A DNA stretch of 64,000 bases from the NCBI GenBank assembly GCA_951406725.2, contig OX597815.1, positions 180,916,001 to 180,980,000 on the forward strand, in the 5' to 3' direction. The notes beneath the pieces are model-generated. The model worked only from the letters and a program-made list of their open reading frames with translations, made no database searches and was not told the DNA's origin. This DNA is from Octopus vulgaris. Its lineage: Eukaryota. The number at the start of each line of letters is the position of its first letter. Positions within the stretch are counted from its first letter, which is position 1. The translations under genes were made by a program, and so were the position numbers. Of the stretch, positions 13,745 to 26,847 are shown in pieces.

Positions 13745-14715
13745 ATAAACGAAGAGCAAGAAAATCAATATTAATACCAAAAGATAATATTCATCCTCAC
13801 TAAAAAGTTGATGCTATCTTAGAACACAGAACCCTGCTTTACGTATCGTGAGACGACCTCTCATCATATGGCCTTGTAGTGTATATAAACATTTGGCTGA
13901 TATTTCTAGCAACGTGTACAACCGTTCCGTCCTTCTTCGGTGCATCTGAGACTTCTTTGGCTCGAACCAAGAGGAGAACCGAAAGTGAAAATGGGAAAAT
14001 TAGCTTAGGTATAAAAAAAAAAACCGAATCCAAAATTATATTGATGTTCTTCACACTTAAGAGTCTTCAGTTATTTTTGCCATAATTCCATTTTTCCTTT
14101 TTAACCCCCACCCCCACTTTTTTTTTCTCTTTTCCTTTTCGTTCGACTCCGTTTTATTTTCTACATTCTGAAGTCCCGCCGCTTGAAACATCCCAGTTGT
14201 GGGTTCCATAACTTTTATGCTAATATTTTCATCATTCTTCTTCTTCTCTTTCATTTCGTCTTTTTCTTCTTCTTCTTCTTATGCTGTGGGTATTCCGAGT
14301 TATGAAAGAATTAGGTCATTATTTTTGTTTTGGTTTTAGCAGTCTGCATGCAAGCTGCCTCCATCACTAGAGAGAGAAAACGTGAGTGTGTGTGTGTGTA
14401 TGTACTTGCGAATATATATATATAGGTCCCGGGAGTCGATTTGTTCGACTAAAGACGGTACTCCAGCATGGCCGCAGTCAAATGACTGAAACAAATAAAA
14501 GAATTAAGAATTTATTTGTTTCGGCCATGCTGGAGTACCGTCTTTAGTCGAACAAATCGACCCCCGGGACCTATTCTTCGTAAGCCTAGTACTTATTCTA
14601 TCGGTCTCTTTTGCCGAACCGCTAGGGGACATGAACACACCAACATCGGTAGTCAAACGATGGTGGGAGGGGGGACAGGATAAATACAGACATGCAAACA
14701 CACACACACACACAT

Positions 14716-14768
<53 letters not shown>

Positions 14769-14933
14769 CATACAACGGGCTTCTTTCAGTTTCTGTCTAC
14801 CAAATCTACTCGCAAGGCTTTGGTCGGCCCGAGGCTATAGTAGAAGATGCTTGCCCAATGTGCCACGCAGTGGGACTGAACCCGGAACCATGTGGTTGGT
14901 AAGCAAACTACTTAACACACAGCCACTCCTGCG

Positions 14934-14994
<61 letters not shown>

Positions 14995-15699
14995 GCATGC
15001 ATGTGTGTGTGTGTGTGTGCTGATATGTTCAGCAATTGGAACAAATTCCCATTTCCTCTTTGGTGTATCTGAAATTATCTCAGAAGAGGAAGTGGAAAAA
15101 TGAAAATTAAAATTAGAAAGAATCCAGCCAAGGACTTTTTGTAAAGAATGGTACTTATTCTACCGAAATCTTTTGACGGACCGCTAAGTTATGAGGACGA
15201 AACATGCCAACAGCAGTTGTCAAGCGGTGATGGGGATGGGGGTGCAAACACAGACACAAAGACTCACACACACACACACACACACATACGCGCGCGCGTT
15301 TGTGTGTGTGTGTGTGTGTGGTGTGACAGGTTTCTTTCAGCTTCCATCTACCAAACCCACTTACAAGGCCCTGGTCAGTCCGAGGCTATAGTACAAGTTA
15401 TTTGCCCAAAGTGCCACGGAACAGGACTGAACTCGGCAGCATGTCGTTAGAAAACAAATTTCCTGCCACGCAGCCACCTGTGTGTGTGTGTGTGTGTGCG
15501 TGTGTGTGTGTGTGTATTTCCTATTTTCCACGCGCACATGGCTACACTAGAAGCCATTCTTGTTAATGAATGCTGCGCAACAAATGACCAAATTCCAACA
15601 GGTCAGGGGTCACATCAACAGCAACAAACAACTGACCTAATTCCATTGGAACCAGCACCTGACGAACAAAGTCAAGTTTCACTATATATATATATATAA

Positions 15700-16222
15700 G
15701 ACATTTCACCAAGAGGATTTCCACCATGAAAGAAAAGAACTATTGGGAGAGGCTTAGGGAACTCAATTTGTACTCCTTGGAACGAAGACGAGAGAGATAT
15801 GCAGTGATATACATATGGAAAATCCTGGAGGGACTAGCACCAAATTTTGGAATTGAGAGCTGTTCCAATCCCCGTACAGGACGTCACTGTGTGGTGCCAA
15901 AGGTCCCGTCTTCCACATCCAGGGTAAGGAGCAGATACTGTAATAGCCTGGGGTTCAGGGGCCCTCAGCTGTTCAACAAACTGCCAAGAAAACTAAGAGA
16001 TCTACATGATGCGGATGTGGACATTTTCAAAAAACATCTAGACAAGCTGCTTTCCGGGATCCCAGATGAACCCACTGCAAGGTACGAAGGTAACCTAAGG
16101 GCAGCAGCTACAAACTCTCTCTTAGATCAGTGGCCAGCCACGGCAAACTGGACTTAGAGAGGGTAGCAACAAGGGCGGTGCCCCAGTATGGCCTCAGCCG
16201 GAAGGCTGAAACAAGTAAAAGA

Positions 16223-16223
<1 letters not shown>
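15700..16223 (+). mobile_element. CR1/L2-type LINE ORF2 C-terminus and 3' tail
   Basis: YWERLRELNLYSLERRRER...GPQLFNKLP...FKKHLDKLL. Confidence 0.85.
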
Positions 16224-16270
<47 letters not shown>

Positions 16271-16359
16271 AGAATTTATAAAGAAAAAAGCAAAAGACAA
16301 AGTAACAGATGTATTAGTTTAACGCTCTTCGACAGAAAGGAAGATAGAAATAAACAGGG

Positions 16360-16437
<78 letters not shown>

Positions 16438-16571
16438 AGTATGGGGTTTTAGTTCACAGGTGGTCTAAACGATTAGGTACGATAGGAAGTGTTGTAATAG
16501 ATTACTGGTGCTTCAAGGTTGTAGCCCGAGACGATAGTCATGGAGCCATTGTAGATTTCCGATGCAGCGGA

Positions 16572-16929
16572 TATATAATTGTTAAACAGGGCGTCAAACA
16601 TTAAGGCAAGGCAAACATCTCAAGTCGTATACAATATTATTATATGAAGAAATTCAAAATCTTACAGCTGTTTCTGTGATATCCCCGAGTATGGGATTTC
16701 CGTCATCAGAGACAAATAGGCGGGGAAATATGGAAACTGAGAATAATATATATCAATAAGATGACAATATTTTCCATATTTTTCCCCTATTTGTGTTTGA
16801 TGACGGAATATCCGATACTCGGGGATATCCCAGAAATAGCTATAAGATTTTGAATTTCTTACTGTAATAATATTGTATACAGCTTGAGATGTTTGTCTTG
16901 CCTTAATGTTTGACGTCCTGTTTCACAAT

Positions 16930-16935
<6 letters not shown>
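16572..16935. repeat. Long inverted repeat (Penelope pLTR-like)
   Basis: 16572-16737 pairs with 16770-16935. Confidence 0.85.
16660..16712 (-). ncRNA. Minimal hammerhead ribozyme motif
   Basis: Minus strand: ucu CUGAUGA...GAAAC AGCU GUA aga. Confidence 0.55.
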
Positions 16936-16977
<42 letters not shown>

Positions 16978-18746
16978 TGTGTGAGGGCTTTCTTAACGGT
17001 ACTACTTTCCTTACTCATTTCTCTGTATGCTGCCTATGAGTAGAAACAAAATTGTGATTTATACAGAGTCGTTCAAAATTTCGTTTGCGGTAACGAAGAT
17101 TTTCGCCGAGGGCCCCGAGTACGTACTTTTGAGTCCTTAACACCCCACCACCGACCACTTATGAGCTTACTGTTAAGTATCACTCTACAGTGTTGTTTAT
17201 TTGTTCATAAGATGATGAACTGATGAGGTGTAAATTCATTGCCCTTCTTACATTTTCTTCATGTTTTGTTTTGCCTCGAGGTTGTTACGGTTTAGTACTT
17301 TCATTACCAAGCATACTTCACATTTCTCCAAGGTGTTCTTTAAGAGTTCTAGCAGATAAATATTTGGGGGTATTGATACTGGAAATAGAGCTAAATCGCA
17401 AAGACAAACTGCGTGTGCGACACCAGGCCATAAGCTGTATTTGGGAAGGAAGAATATAAAGGCTACCGTCAAGGACATCGATGATCCTGTTGAGCTCCAG
17501 GTAGTTGTCACCTTCGTAGTTCATTATGAGCAGGTGGTCAATGTACAGGTAACTATTGGAAATATGTGATTAGGTGGGGGTTACTAAAGTCATAAAAGCC
17601 TTCATGTTTCCACAAGCTCACAAAATAATATCAGAACCCTTTCTTTAAGAACGTACTGACAATAGGGCCTTAAAATTCAGCATTCATTGTAGACGGCCAG
17701 GCAGCTACGCATGTAGAAGTAAAGGCCATTTAGTGGCGTCTTCGCTCATTTAAAAGAACGAAAGTAAGAGCGGGAACACATCATGGAGGTTAGCAGTTCA
17801 AACGTGACATCAGGCACACCTCTAGCTCTGTCTTCATTGCTAGGAGCAAAATCTCAGGTATCTGCTTTCTTGGTCTCAGCCGGCGGAGGAAATGATAATC
17901 TTCCATAATAGCAGCAATAATAGCGATAAATAAATCACTAAACGCGCTGCCTCACAGTACCCCACCCCATCCACTTATGATAATAGGGGACAAACTGTGG
18001 CCACAGGAGACCGGCGGATTTTGGGGGAAATGATAGAAAAATAACTCAAAGAAAATTGAAAAAGGCAACAAAATGCGAGTAAACCTCTCCTGAAGAAAAC
18101 CTCTCTAGCATGGAGAGATTGTTTTGTCGCTGAAGTGTGATTACTCTTATGAAAAAATATATACTTACACTCATACTTTTGTTAATTGCTTTTTTTAATT
18201 GCTTTTTTTCAATTGCTGGCTGAGAGAAGTATGTCGTCTATGAAAGCAATCCAGTCTCAAGTGATGTGGTTTCCTGTTCGATTGGAATGGTCTTCACAGT
18301 CATTCATTAGGCCAATGAAATTACAATAGAATACGGACATGAACTACAAGGGAATGATCCAAATAAAGAGTGATCGGACAGAAGATATGAAATTGTAGCA
18401 AAGAAAATATAACGATGGACTCCGAACAACACTTGCCCATCAACATGGAAACTGCCAACAGGATGTAAGTCCTCCCACTACAGACTCTTCCCCAAGGTAA
18501 TTTCTGGAATCACCAGAGTTAACCAATATATAGAAGACATGGAGAGGATACATTAAAGGAGGGAGTAATTAAGGCAAGTGGGTGATTGATTGATGATTGA
18601 TTCTAGTTTCAGCTTATGAGCTGTGGCCATGCTGGGGCACTACATATCTTGGTTTAATCATTGTAAAATTTATTGATACAAGTTTTAAAATTAATTCCGG
18701 TCAAATATTCTGGCTAATAAAAACATCACCATCACCATCACCATCA

Positions 18747-18777
<31 letters not shown>

Positions 18778-19244
18778 ATTGTTGTTGTTCTTCTTCTTCT
18801 TCTTCTTCTTTTCTTCCTCTTCTTCTTTTTCTTCTTCTTCTTCTTTTTCTTCTTCTTCTTCTTTTCCTCTCTTCCAATTCCTCCTCCATTTCCCCCCTTT
18901 TCTAAATGAAGTACCAGTTACGCACTGGGGTCGATATAATCGACTTAATCCGTTTGTCTGTCCTTGTTTGTCCCTTCTGTGTTTAGCCCCTTGAAATAGG
19001 TATTTCGTTTGTCTTTATATTTTGAGTTTAAATTCCGCCGAGGTCGACTTTGCCTTTCATCCTTACGGGGTCGATAAATTAAGTACCAGTTGCGTACTGG
19101 AGTCGATCTAATCGATTGGCCCCCTCCCCACCAAATTTCGGGCCTTGTGCCTAGAGTAGAAAAGAAAATGATATATTGCTGTACGCTCACAGCTGACGGC
19201 TGGGAACGATCCCACGCCTGCACACTGGTATCTATTTATAGCTA

Positions 19245-19484
19245 TTGGGTTGGTGCAAAATTATTGCGGCTTTTTTTAGCAAATTTTATTCAACAAAAGC
19301 AATAACAATATTTAACAAAAACATTTTAAAATGACGGTCTGACCGTCTGCCAAGCAAATGGGAAGCAGTAATTGAAGTAGATGGTGAATATGCTCCGGAA
19401 TAATCATTTTTGTTACATGTTGTTATTGTTTTTGTTGAATAAAATTAGTAGAGAAAAAGCCGCAATAATTATACACCAACCCAA
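19245..19484 (+). mobile_element. Mariner-derived MITE
   Basis: TA-flanked TIR ttgggttggtgcaaaattattgcggc / gccgcaataattatacaccaacccaa, with a transposase C-terminal remnant LPSKWEAVIEVDGEY. Confidence 0.85.
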
Positions 19485-20149
19485 TACTAAGTGATACGTT
19501 GAGATCTATATTTTTCATTCATGTACACTGCACAGCAGATATGGTTTTGTACACGTATAGCTGACACCATTGTTAATTTCTTAATCAGCATCTTGATATT
19601 TGAAATAATTATCATTCTCTGAAATAAAGAAATACTTCATCGAAGTTGATTTTTATTAATTTGCATGTTGGGTTTATCGGAAACGGACGAACTTGAGAGA
19701 ATTTATGGTAATGTTGTTGATACCGGCGAGAACTAGAAAAGAAAAGAAAAGAGAAAAAAAATATCGTAGTACTTCAGCTGAAAAATCAATATTATCGATC
19801 TTATTTCTAACGAATCTTCCCACTTTTACTTTCAGTTCATTACTTCCCCCATGCAGAGGAAGTTTCATAGGAATTTTTACTTCCAAAATTTCTTTGAATA
19901 GGTGTTTCCTAAACTTGAAAAATAACGAAGAAAACGAAATTTACAATCGACAAGGAAGCAGAGATTTCCGTGGAAGAAACGAAAGAGGAAATTGATAATA
20001 AAGCCGGACATTTTTAGCGGGAAAATCAAGTGTCTGTTTTAGAACACTTATGTGATGTGGTGGCGTTTAAGCTTTACTGAAAGGAAATTAAAGGTGTAGG
20101 GTGATAAGGCACAACAAAAACAACAACAATAACAAAATCGCCGAAGGCG

Positions 20150-20259
20150 ATAACACTATGATGATGATGAGGGGGTGAGTGGTGGTGGTGGTGGTGGTGG
20201 TGTTCTTTATGAAACTGGTTATAATGATGATAATAAAGATGATGATGGTAGTGTGGTTG

Positions 20260-20291
<32 letters not shown>

Positions 20292-20345
20292 GGTGGCAGT
20301 GGTAATGATGCTGATGATGGTGGTTGTGATGATGACGATGACAGC

Positions 20346-20385
<40 letters not shown>

Positions 20386-20394
20386 GTGGTGATT

Positions 20395-20436
<42 letters not shown>

Positions 20437-20463
20437 GTGGTGATGATGATGATGACGATGATG

Positions 20464-20532
<69 letters not shown>

Positions 20533-20572
20533 GTAATGGGGATGATGATGACGATGATGACATCGACGACGC

Positions 20573-20610
<38 letters not shown>
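20150..20610. repeat. (GAT)n/(GGT)n/(GTT)n trinucleotide microsatellite complex
   Basis: Directly visible. Paralogs at 37920-38190 and 61867-62150. Confidence 0.95.
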
Positions 20611-20867
20611 ATCTTCATGATGAGGAAGATAATTAGTCCAATTAAAATTATGAAGTTCCAGAGGTAATTAATATGATAAAAAAAAGAAAAAAGGTTAAAA
20701 AAAAAAATCTAGTGACATATCTAAACTTGACTTGATAAAAATAAAGGCTAATTTTTCCTCATATCGCATCCCACCGTTTAAATAAAGCCACAGAAATACA
20801 ACGCAAGAAAAAAGGTGATGCTGTCGTCATCATGTAGTACCAAACCAATTGTAATTTATTCAACAAG

Positions 20868-21297
20868 GGGCTGGAGTGGCTGTGTGGTAAGTAGCTTGCT
20901 TACCAGCCACATACTCCCGGGTTCAGTCCCACTGCGTGGCACCTTGGGCAAGGGTCTTCTATTATAGCCTCAGGGCAACCAAAGCCGTGGGAGTGGATTT
21001 GGTAGACGGAAACTGAAAGAAGCCCGTCGTATATGTATATATATATATATATATGTATGTGTATGTGTGTATATGTTTGTGTATCTGTGCTTGTCCCCCA
21101 CCCCCGAACATCGCTTGATAACCGATGCTGGTTTGTTTACATCCCCGTAACTTAGCGGTTCGGCAAAAGAGATCCGATAGAATAAGTACTAGGCTTACAA
21201 AGAATAAGCTTCGGGGTCGATTTGCTCGACTATAAAGGCGATGCTCCAGCATGGCCGCAGTCAAATGACTGAAGCAAGTAAAAGAGTAAAAGAGTAA
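20868..21297 (+). mobile_element. SINE family 2 abutting the promoter of gene A
   Basis: Full-length. Paralogous copies at 38965-39410 and (interrupted) 62587-62623. Confidence 0.85.
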
Positions 21298-21299
21298 GT

Positions 21300-21521
21300 C
21301 TGTCATCGAGAACTGAAAGTTGTTTGCATCTTTCCACTTGTGGCGGATGTGGCCGGAAATCGTTCTTTCAGTTTCCGTAATGACATCATAAGCCATCATT
21401 ATATTGTTTTCCGAAAAGGTATTTTGATGAAAATTTACTTTCATTTGTGTCATGCGTTTAATATGAATTTCACATCTTGAGTTGGTATATATATGGGGAA
21501 ATTTGTAAGGATGAATCAGTT
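21300..21521 (+). promoter_or_regulatory. Proximal promoter of gene A
   Basis: TATATATA at 21486-21493, Inr-like TCAGTT at 21516-21521 (A about 30-32 nt downstream of TATA), ISRE-like TTTCAGTTTC 21366, C/EBP-like TTCCGTAA 21373, CRE-like TGACATCA 21381, kB-like GGGGAAATTT 21495. Confidence 0.65.
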
Positions 21522-21640
21522 GAACGTAAGGCTCACGACTCGAGTACACACTAACAAGTGTTGTAACTACAGAGATAACTTATCTGAAAACTTTATTATT
21601 CTCATCACTGATACACAACTTTTGAAGATAGAATACAAGA

Positions 21641-21662
21641 ATGGCATTCGAACTGTTGAAAG
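21641..21662 (+). CDS. Cytokine-like gene A, exon 1 (MAFELLK-G, phase-1 donor)
   Basis: ATG GCA TTC GAA CTG TTG AAA G|GTACGA. The phase-1 donor matches the phase-1 acceptor at 25259. It lies about 120 nt downstream of a TATA/Inr and is conserved in paralog B. Confidence 0.8.
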
Positions 21663-22360
21663 GTACGATTAAGTGTTTTCTAATCTTTATTTATTTTTTG
21701 CGATTGCTTTCTTTCTTGTTTTCATTTTGTTCGATTGTTCAGGAGAAAGGGTCTGTTCCCATGATCTTTTTTCTCAGACCAGTAAAATTGGCGTGGTTAC
21801 AATTCCTTCTCGATTGATGCCAGTCAACATTCACAGGAAAAAGAAAAAATAATAATACCCTTATAGAGCAAGATGTCCAGGGGTCCGAAATTGTAGCGGG
21901 AAAAAAACCCCAAAACAAACAAACTTCGTGGCGGATATTTCAAATGTGACAGAAGTATGAGAAACGAACGAACAGGGAATGTTCGAATGAATGAAATAAA
22001 AAAAAAAGGGTCCAAGGAACAGAGGTCACTGTGTCAGCGTTACTAAAAACTAGAGGAAGTTGGGGCAGCATGTAAGGAGGGGGGGACAAAAGTTAAAGTG
22101 TGTCGGTAAGCGTCTCCAGGTTGGGTAAGCCTTTTGGGAGGGGTGCGGTCTAAGATGTATAAATATGAAATAAGAGCTCCGTCCCATAATTAAGTGCAGT
22201 AATTAATCGGGGCCCAATCGGAGTTTTGTAGAAGGTTCACAGTTGATGTAAAATTGAGTAGTTCAGCCGTTTCTGAGCTGAAAATTATATATGTATGTAT
22301 ATATATAATATTTTTAAAAATATTTTATCTAGTTTCAGCTCACGAGCTGTGGCTTATTTA

Positions 22361-22396
<36 letters not shown>

Positions 22397-22442
22397 TGTA
22401 TGTATGTATGTATGTATGTATGTATGTATGTATGTATGTATG

Positions 22443-22563
<121 letters not shown>

Positions 22564-22705
22564 TCATCATCGTTTAAAGTCCGTTTTCCGCGCTAGCACG
22601 GGTTGGACGGTTCGACCGGGGTCTGGGAAGCCAAGGGCTGCACCAGGCTCCAGTCTGTTCTGGCAGAGTTTCTACAGCTGGATGCCCTTCCTAACGCCAA
22701 CCACT

Positions 22706-22755
<50 letters not shown>

Positions 22756-23578
22756 GTTGCTATTGAGTTTTTTTGACTCCTATTTCTAGCAATGCCGGTA
22801 CTACATCGTACCCTGTATCACTTTAGAGACGTCTATAAATTTGCCCATAGGGTATTAAATTGCTAGTAAGCCACCCATATTATTTGTAGTTTTCACTTTT
22901 ACCGCTTTTGAAATCAGTGTATGAGTACAATGGATATCTTATGAATTGACAAGGTGAGTTGAGTTTAACCCTAGGCGCGGTAAGAGACACCGATGGGTAT
23001 TAAGTGATCTGACTATATCCGATGTTGTAGGGAGCTTGTTTCGTCTCCCTTGTCAGCTTATTTAGAAAGTGCTCTTGTGGCTAACGAGTCGGCTTGGCTC
23101 TTATTTCTAGCAATGCCGGTACCACTTTGTACCCTCTCTAATCTTTGCATCTATGTTGTTAAACTGTTGATAAGCCATCCATATCATTTATAGTTTCCAC
23201 ACATACACACACAGGCACATACACACACACAGGCACATACACACACACAGGCACATACACACACACAGGCACATACACACACACGAACACACATTTTAAA
23301 AATTCTTTTATTCTTCTACTTGTTTCAATTATATGACTGCGGCCATGCCGTAGCACCACCTTGAGGAGTTTTAGTCAATCACATCGGCCCCAGGACTTAC
23401 CTTTTATAGCCTAGTACTTATCTTATCGGAGTCTTTTCCCGAAGCGCTAAGTTATGGGGATGTAAACACACCAACACCGGTTGTCAAGTGGTGATAGGGA
23501 GACACACAGACACAAAGACTTACACACGCATATATATATATATATACACACACATACATAGATATATATCTATGTATA

Positions 23579-23609
<31 letters not shown>

Positions 23610-23622
23610 GTATGTATGTATG

Positions 23623-23700
<78 letters not shown>

Positions 23701-23753
23701 AAAAAAATAGGGAAAAAAATAGGAAAAAAAGGAACAAGAATGGATCAAAATAT

Positions 23754-23835
23754 CGGTACAATTGTTTCGTACGAGGACATCTTTAATAAGCTACAAAAAT
23801 TGCAGTAAATATAGGTGGCTCGTACTCATCAGCCG
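23754..23835 (-). ncRNA. Minimal type I hammerhead ribozyme motif
   Basis: Minus strand: ucgg CUGAUGA GUACGAG...CUCGUAC GAAAC AAUU GUA ccga. All core nucleotides and three stems are present. Confidence 0.7.
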
Positions 23836-25258
23836 AAAAATGGTACCGATATTTTGATCCATTCTTGTTGCTTTTTTTCCTATTTGTAATCACCCCACTT
23901 GTCGTATGGTTAACACCATATAGATTTCCGGTGCATCCTAGTTAAGGACCATATTCATGTGAATTCATTAGAACTCACTTGAATCTCAATTACTTAAACC
24001 GTATATATATATATATATATATGTATACGACGGGCTTCTTCCAGTTTCCGTCTACCAAATCCACTCACAAGGATTTGGTCAGCCCGAGACTATAGTAGAT
24101 GTCACTTGCTCAAGGTGCCGCGTAGTAGGACTGAACCCAGAACCACGTGGCTGGGAAGCAAGCATCTTACCACACAGCCTCCGCACGCGCCTATGATTAA
24201 TTGATTTCCTAAAGTGCGTTTCGTAAATTTAGGGGTGAGTGAATTGGTAGAGTTGTCAGAGCGCAGAACATATGCCTTGCAGGACAAATATGGATGCGTG
24301 TGACATAGTGGTAAGGGTGTTGAATTCATGATCTTAAAATTGTGGTTTCGATTCCATGACCGGGTGATTCGTTGTGTTCTTGAGCAAAGCACTTCATTTC
24401 ACATTGTTCCAGTCCGCTCAGCTGGCAAGAACGAATTAATCCTGCATCCCGTCCAGTGGGGAAATATAGTCACCGCGGAAACCGGGGAACCGGCCATATG
24501 AATCGATGTGATTCGAGAACGATCTATATAAACGCCTTGTGGTATTTGTTATGGTTCCCTGAACCCCGAGTTCAAATCCTATCGCGATCAGTTTTCCATT
24601 TCAAACAAATCTCCAGTTCAGGATGAGTTGGGATTATTCAAACATGTATAACAAACGAGAAGGTCAAGGCACCCAGCCTTGACCATCTTGTCTTTTCTCT
24701 ATGTATAGGGAACCTAGGATCTCATTATAACAATATGCCCTTTATTTAATCGATGGATTGTGATTTGAGGAAGATCTGGTTCTTATTTCTAGCAGGTCGA
24801 ACGGTCACGCAGTAATTCCATCATTAGTTCCATAAGTGCCATAAGTGCCAGTCACATGACTCTGACCTCTCACTAAAATTCATTGTCCTGAATCATGGTA
24901 AAATCCATTTCTCAAATTTTAACCGTCTGCCTGTCCTCTGTATTCCATCTAATACCCTAGCGTCCATGCATCATATATCATACACATTCCTAGTTTTTCT
25001 TCCAACTACCAGAGTGACATGAGACATGATAAGAAAGCTTTATTTTACTCAGAACGTATGAAACAAAGGTTTGCTAAAAATTGGGAAGCAAGCACGAACG
25101 CTTAAGACAAACTTCTGAAAACGCTTTGGACACTCAATGGGTTACAATTACTTCTTTATATTAGCAGCTCATTATTGAATATTTTCTCATTGTTTTTCCA
25201 CGTGTAAATTAGTTGTAAATGTATTTTGATTGAAAATGTATATCTTAAATACTTGCAG

Positions 25259-25509
25259 GATACCCAGCTGGCAGAGTAATAACTATGTTAGCAATATTGT
25301 TCATTCGAAAAACTTGGACAATGGCGTTACCATCTGTTACTCAAGAAGCGACGTCTAGACCTTGGAATCAGCCATGCACTCCGTATGCGAATACCGACAG
25401 TGCTATAGACTTAAACATAGATCCAGAAGACGCTCCTTCCATATTAAAAAGATTGAAATATAAAACGAAAGAAACATTTTATCATGTAACATACTTGGAA
25501 AAAGCTATG
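25259..25509 (+). CDS. Cytokine-like gene A, exon 2 (signal peptide, Cys1, helix A)
   Basis: ttgcag|GA TAC CCA... encodes [43 protein letters not shown]...SILKRLKYKTKETFYHVTYLEKAM|gtaaat. Same length and splice sites in paralog B. Confidence 0.88.
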
Positions 25510-25547
25510 GTAAATATGATTTCGTATTTCAATAAATACGTTTTAAT

Positions 25548-25634
<87 letters not shown>

Positions 25635-25689
25635 CTATCTATCTATCTATCTATCTATCTATCATCTCTCTCCCTCTCTCTCCCCATAT

Positions 25690-25751
<62 letters not shown>

Positions 25752-26111
25752 ACATATAAGGGATGGCCATAATAGGACATCCGACTCACTAGAAAGAGCA
25801 GCCAAACTCCAAACCACTAACAATTGTAATTCTGAAATGGAAAGAGAAATAAAAAACGTTTACCCTCTCCTTTCTGCACTATGCATAGTTTCGGCAATCT
25901 TTTGTAAATAAAATAAATTTATTTACAACTGGCGTTACCTCTTCAGCAGAAATCCAAGGACTACCATATAGTCACGAGGCGATAATAACCATGCCTCGAG
26001 TCTATATGCTTTAACTTTTCAAAATCCATTACACTCGCGCGGTTTTCTAGCAGTAAATATAAGCTGCCGATTTAATTTCAAAATTAGCCAATGTGTATAT
26101 ATATATATTTG

Positions 26112-26156
<45 letters not shown>

Positions 26157-26463
26157 TCTGTATGTATCCATCAAAGAAAAATGTTAACCTTAATTCTATA
26201 AGCCCATAATAACCCTGAAGAAGTTCTGCTCCAATATAGTTAAAAATGATGCCTTACTTAGCAAATAAACCAAATGCTTAAAATTGCATATCAACAAGGG
26301 GCTGAAACATCTCTGTAGGTTTTTCACATCTCTCATTTTCTTTTGAGCTTTACAACATATATCATTTATTTGTATTGTAATGTTTTTAAAAAAAAATTTC
26401 AAACATCCTTTATATCATACAAATAAATTATTCATACATCCATCTTTCTCCATTTCCTTTCTA

Positions 26464-26552
<89 letters not shown>

Positions 26553-26583
26553 GTAATAATAATAATATATATATATTTATATA

Positions 26584-26634
<51 letters not shown>

Positions 26635-26785
26635 CTGTTTTAGCTTACTGAAAGGCAAGAGACCTACGGACTCAAGAGAGCAAGTCGTAACGTGTGGCAT
26701 AAAGAGTTGAAGAGTTAACAGGACATGCAACAAAAGGGATTTTTGACACAAAAACAAAAATAACATATCGTGCGTGTTTAATTAG

Positions 26786-26847
<62 letters not shown>

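Noticed and set aside
17240-17580. Possible Penelope RT remnant (minus strand SYLYIDHLL)
   Set aside because: Too degenerate to support without an HMM search.
20088-20667. Poly-Asp, poly-Met, poly-Ile and poly-His ORFs (also 37874-38246 and 61820-62204)
   Set aside because: Translations of trinucleotide microsatellites that are open in several frames.
20649-20670. ATG AAG TTC CAG AG|gt as a first coding exon
   Set aside because: Its phase-2 donor is incompatible with the phase-1 acceptor of exon 2. It is missing in unit B and lies upstream of the TATA box.
25510-25911. C-terminal extension of ORF 25285..25911 (and of 46078..46764)
   Set aside because: Read-through past the splice donor into (CTAT)n/(TA)n intron sequence.
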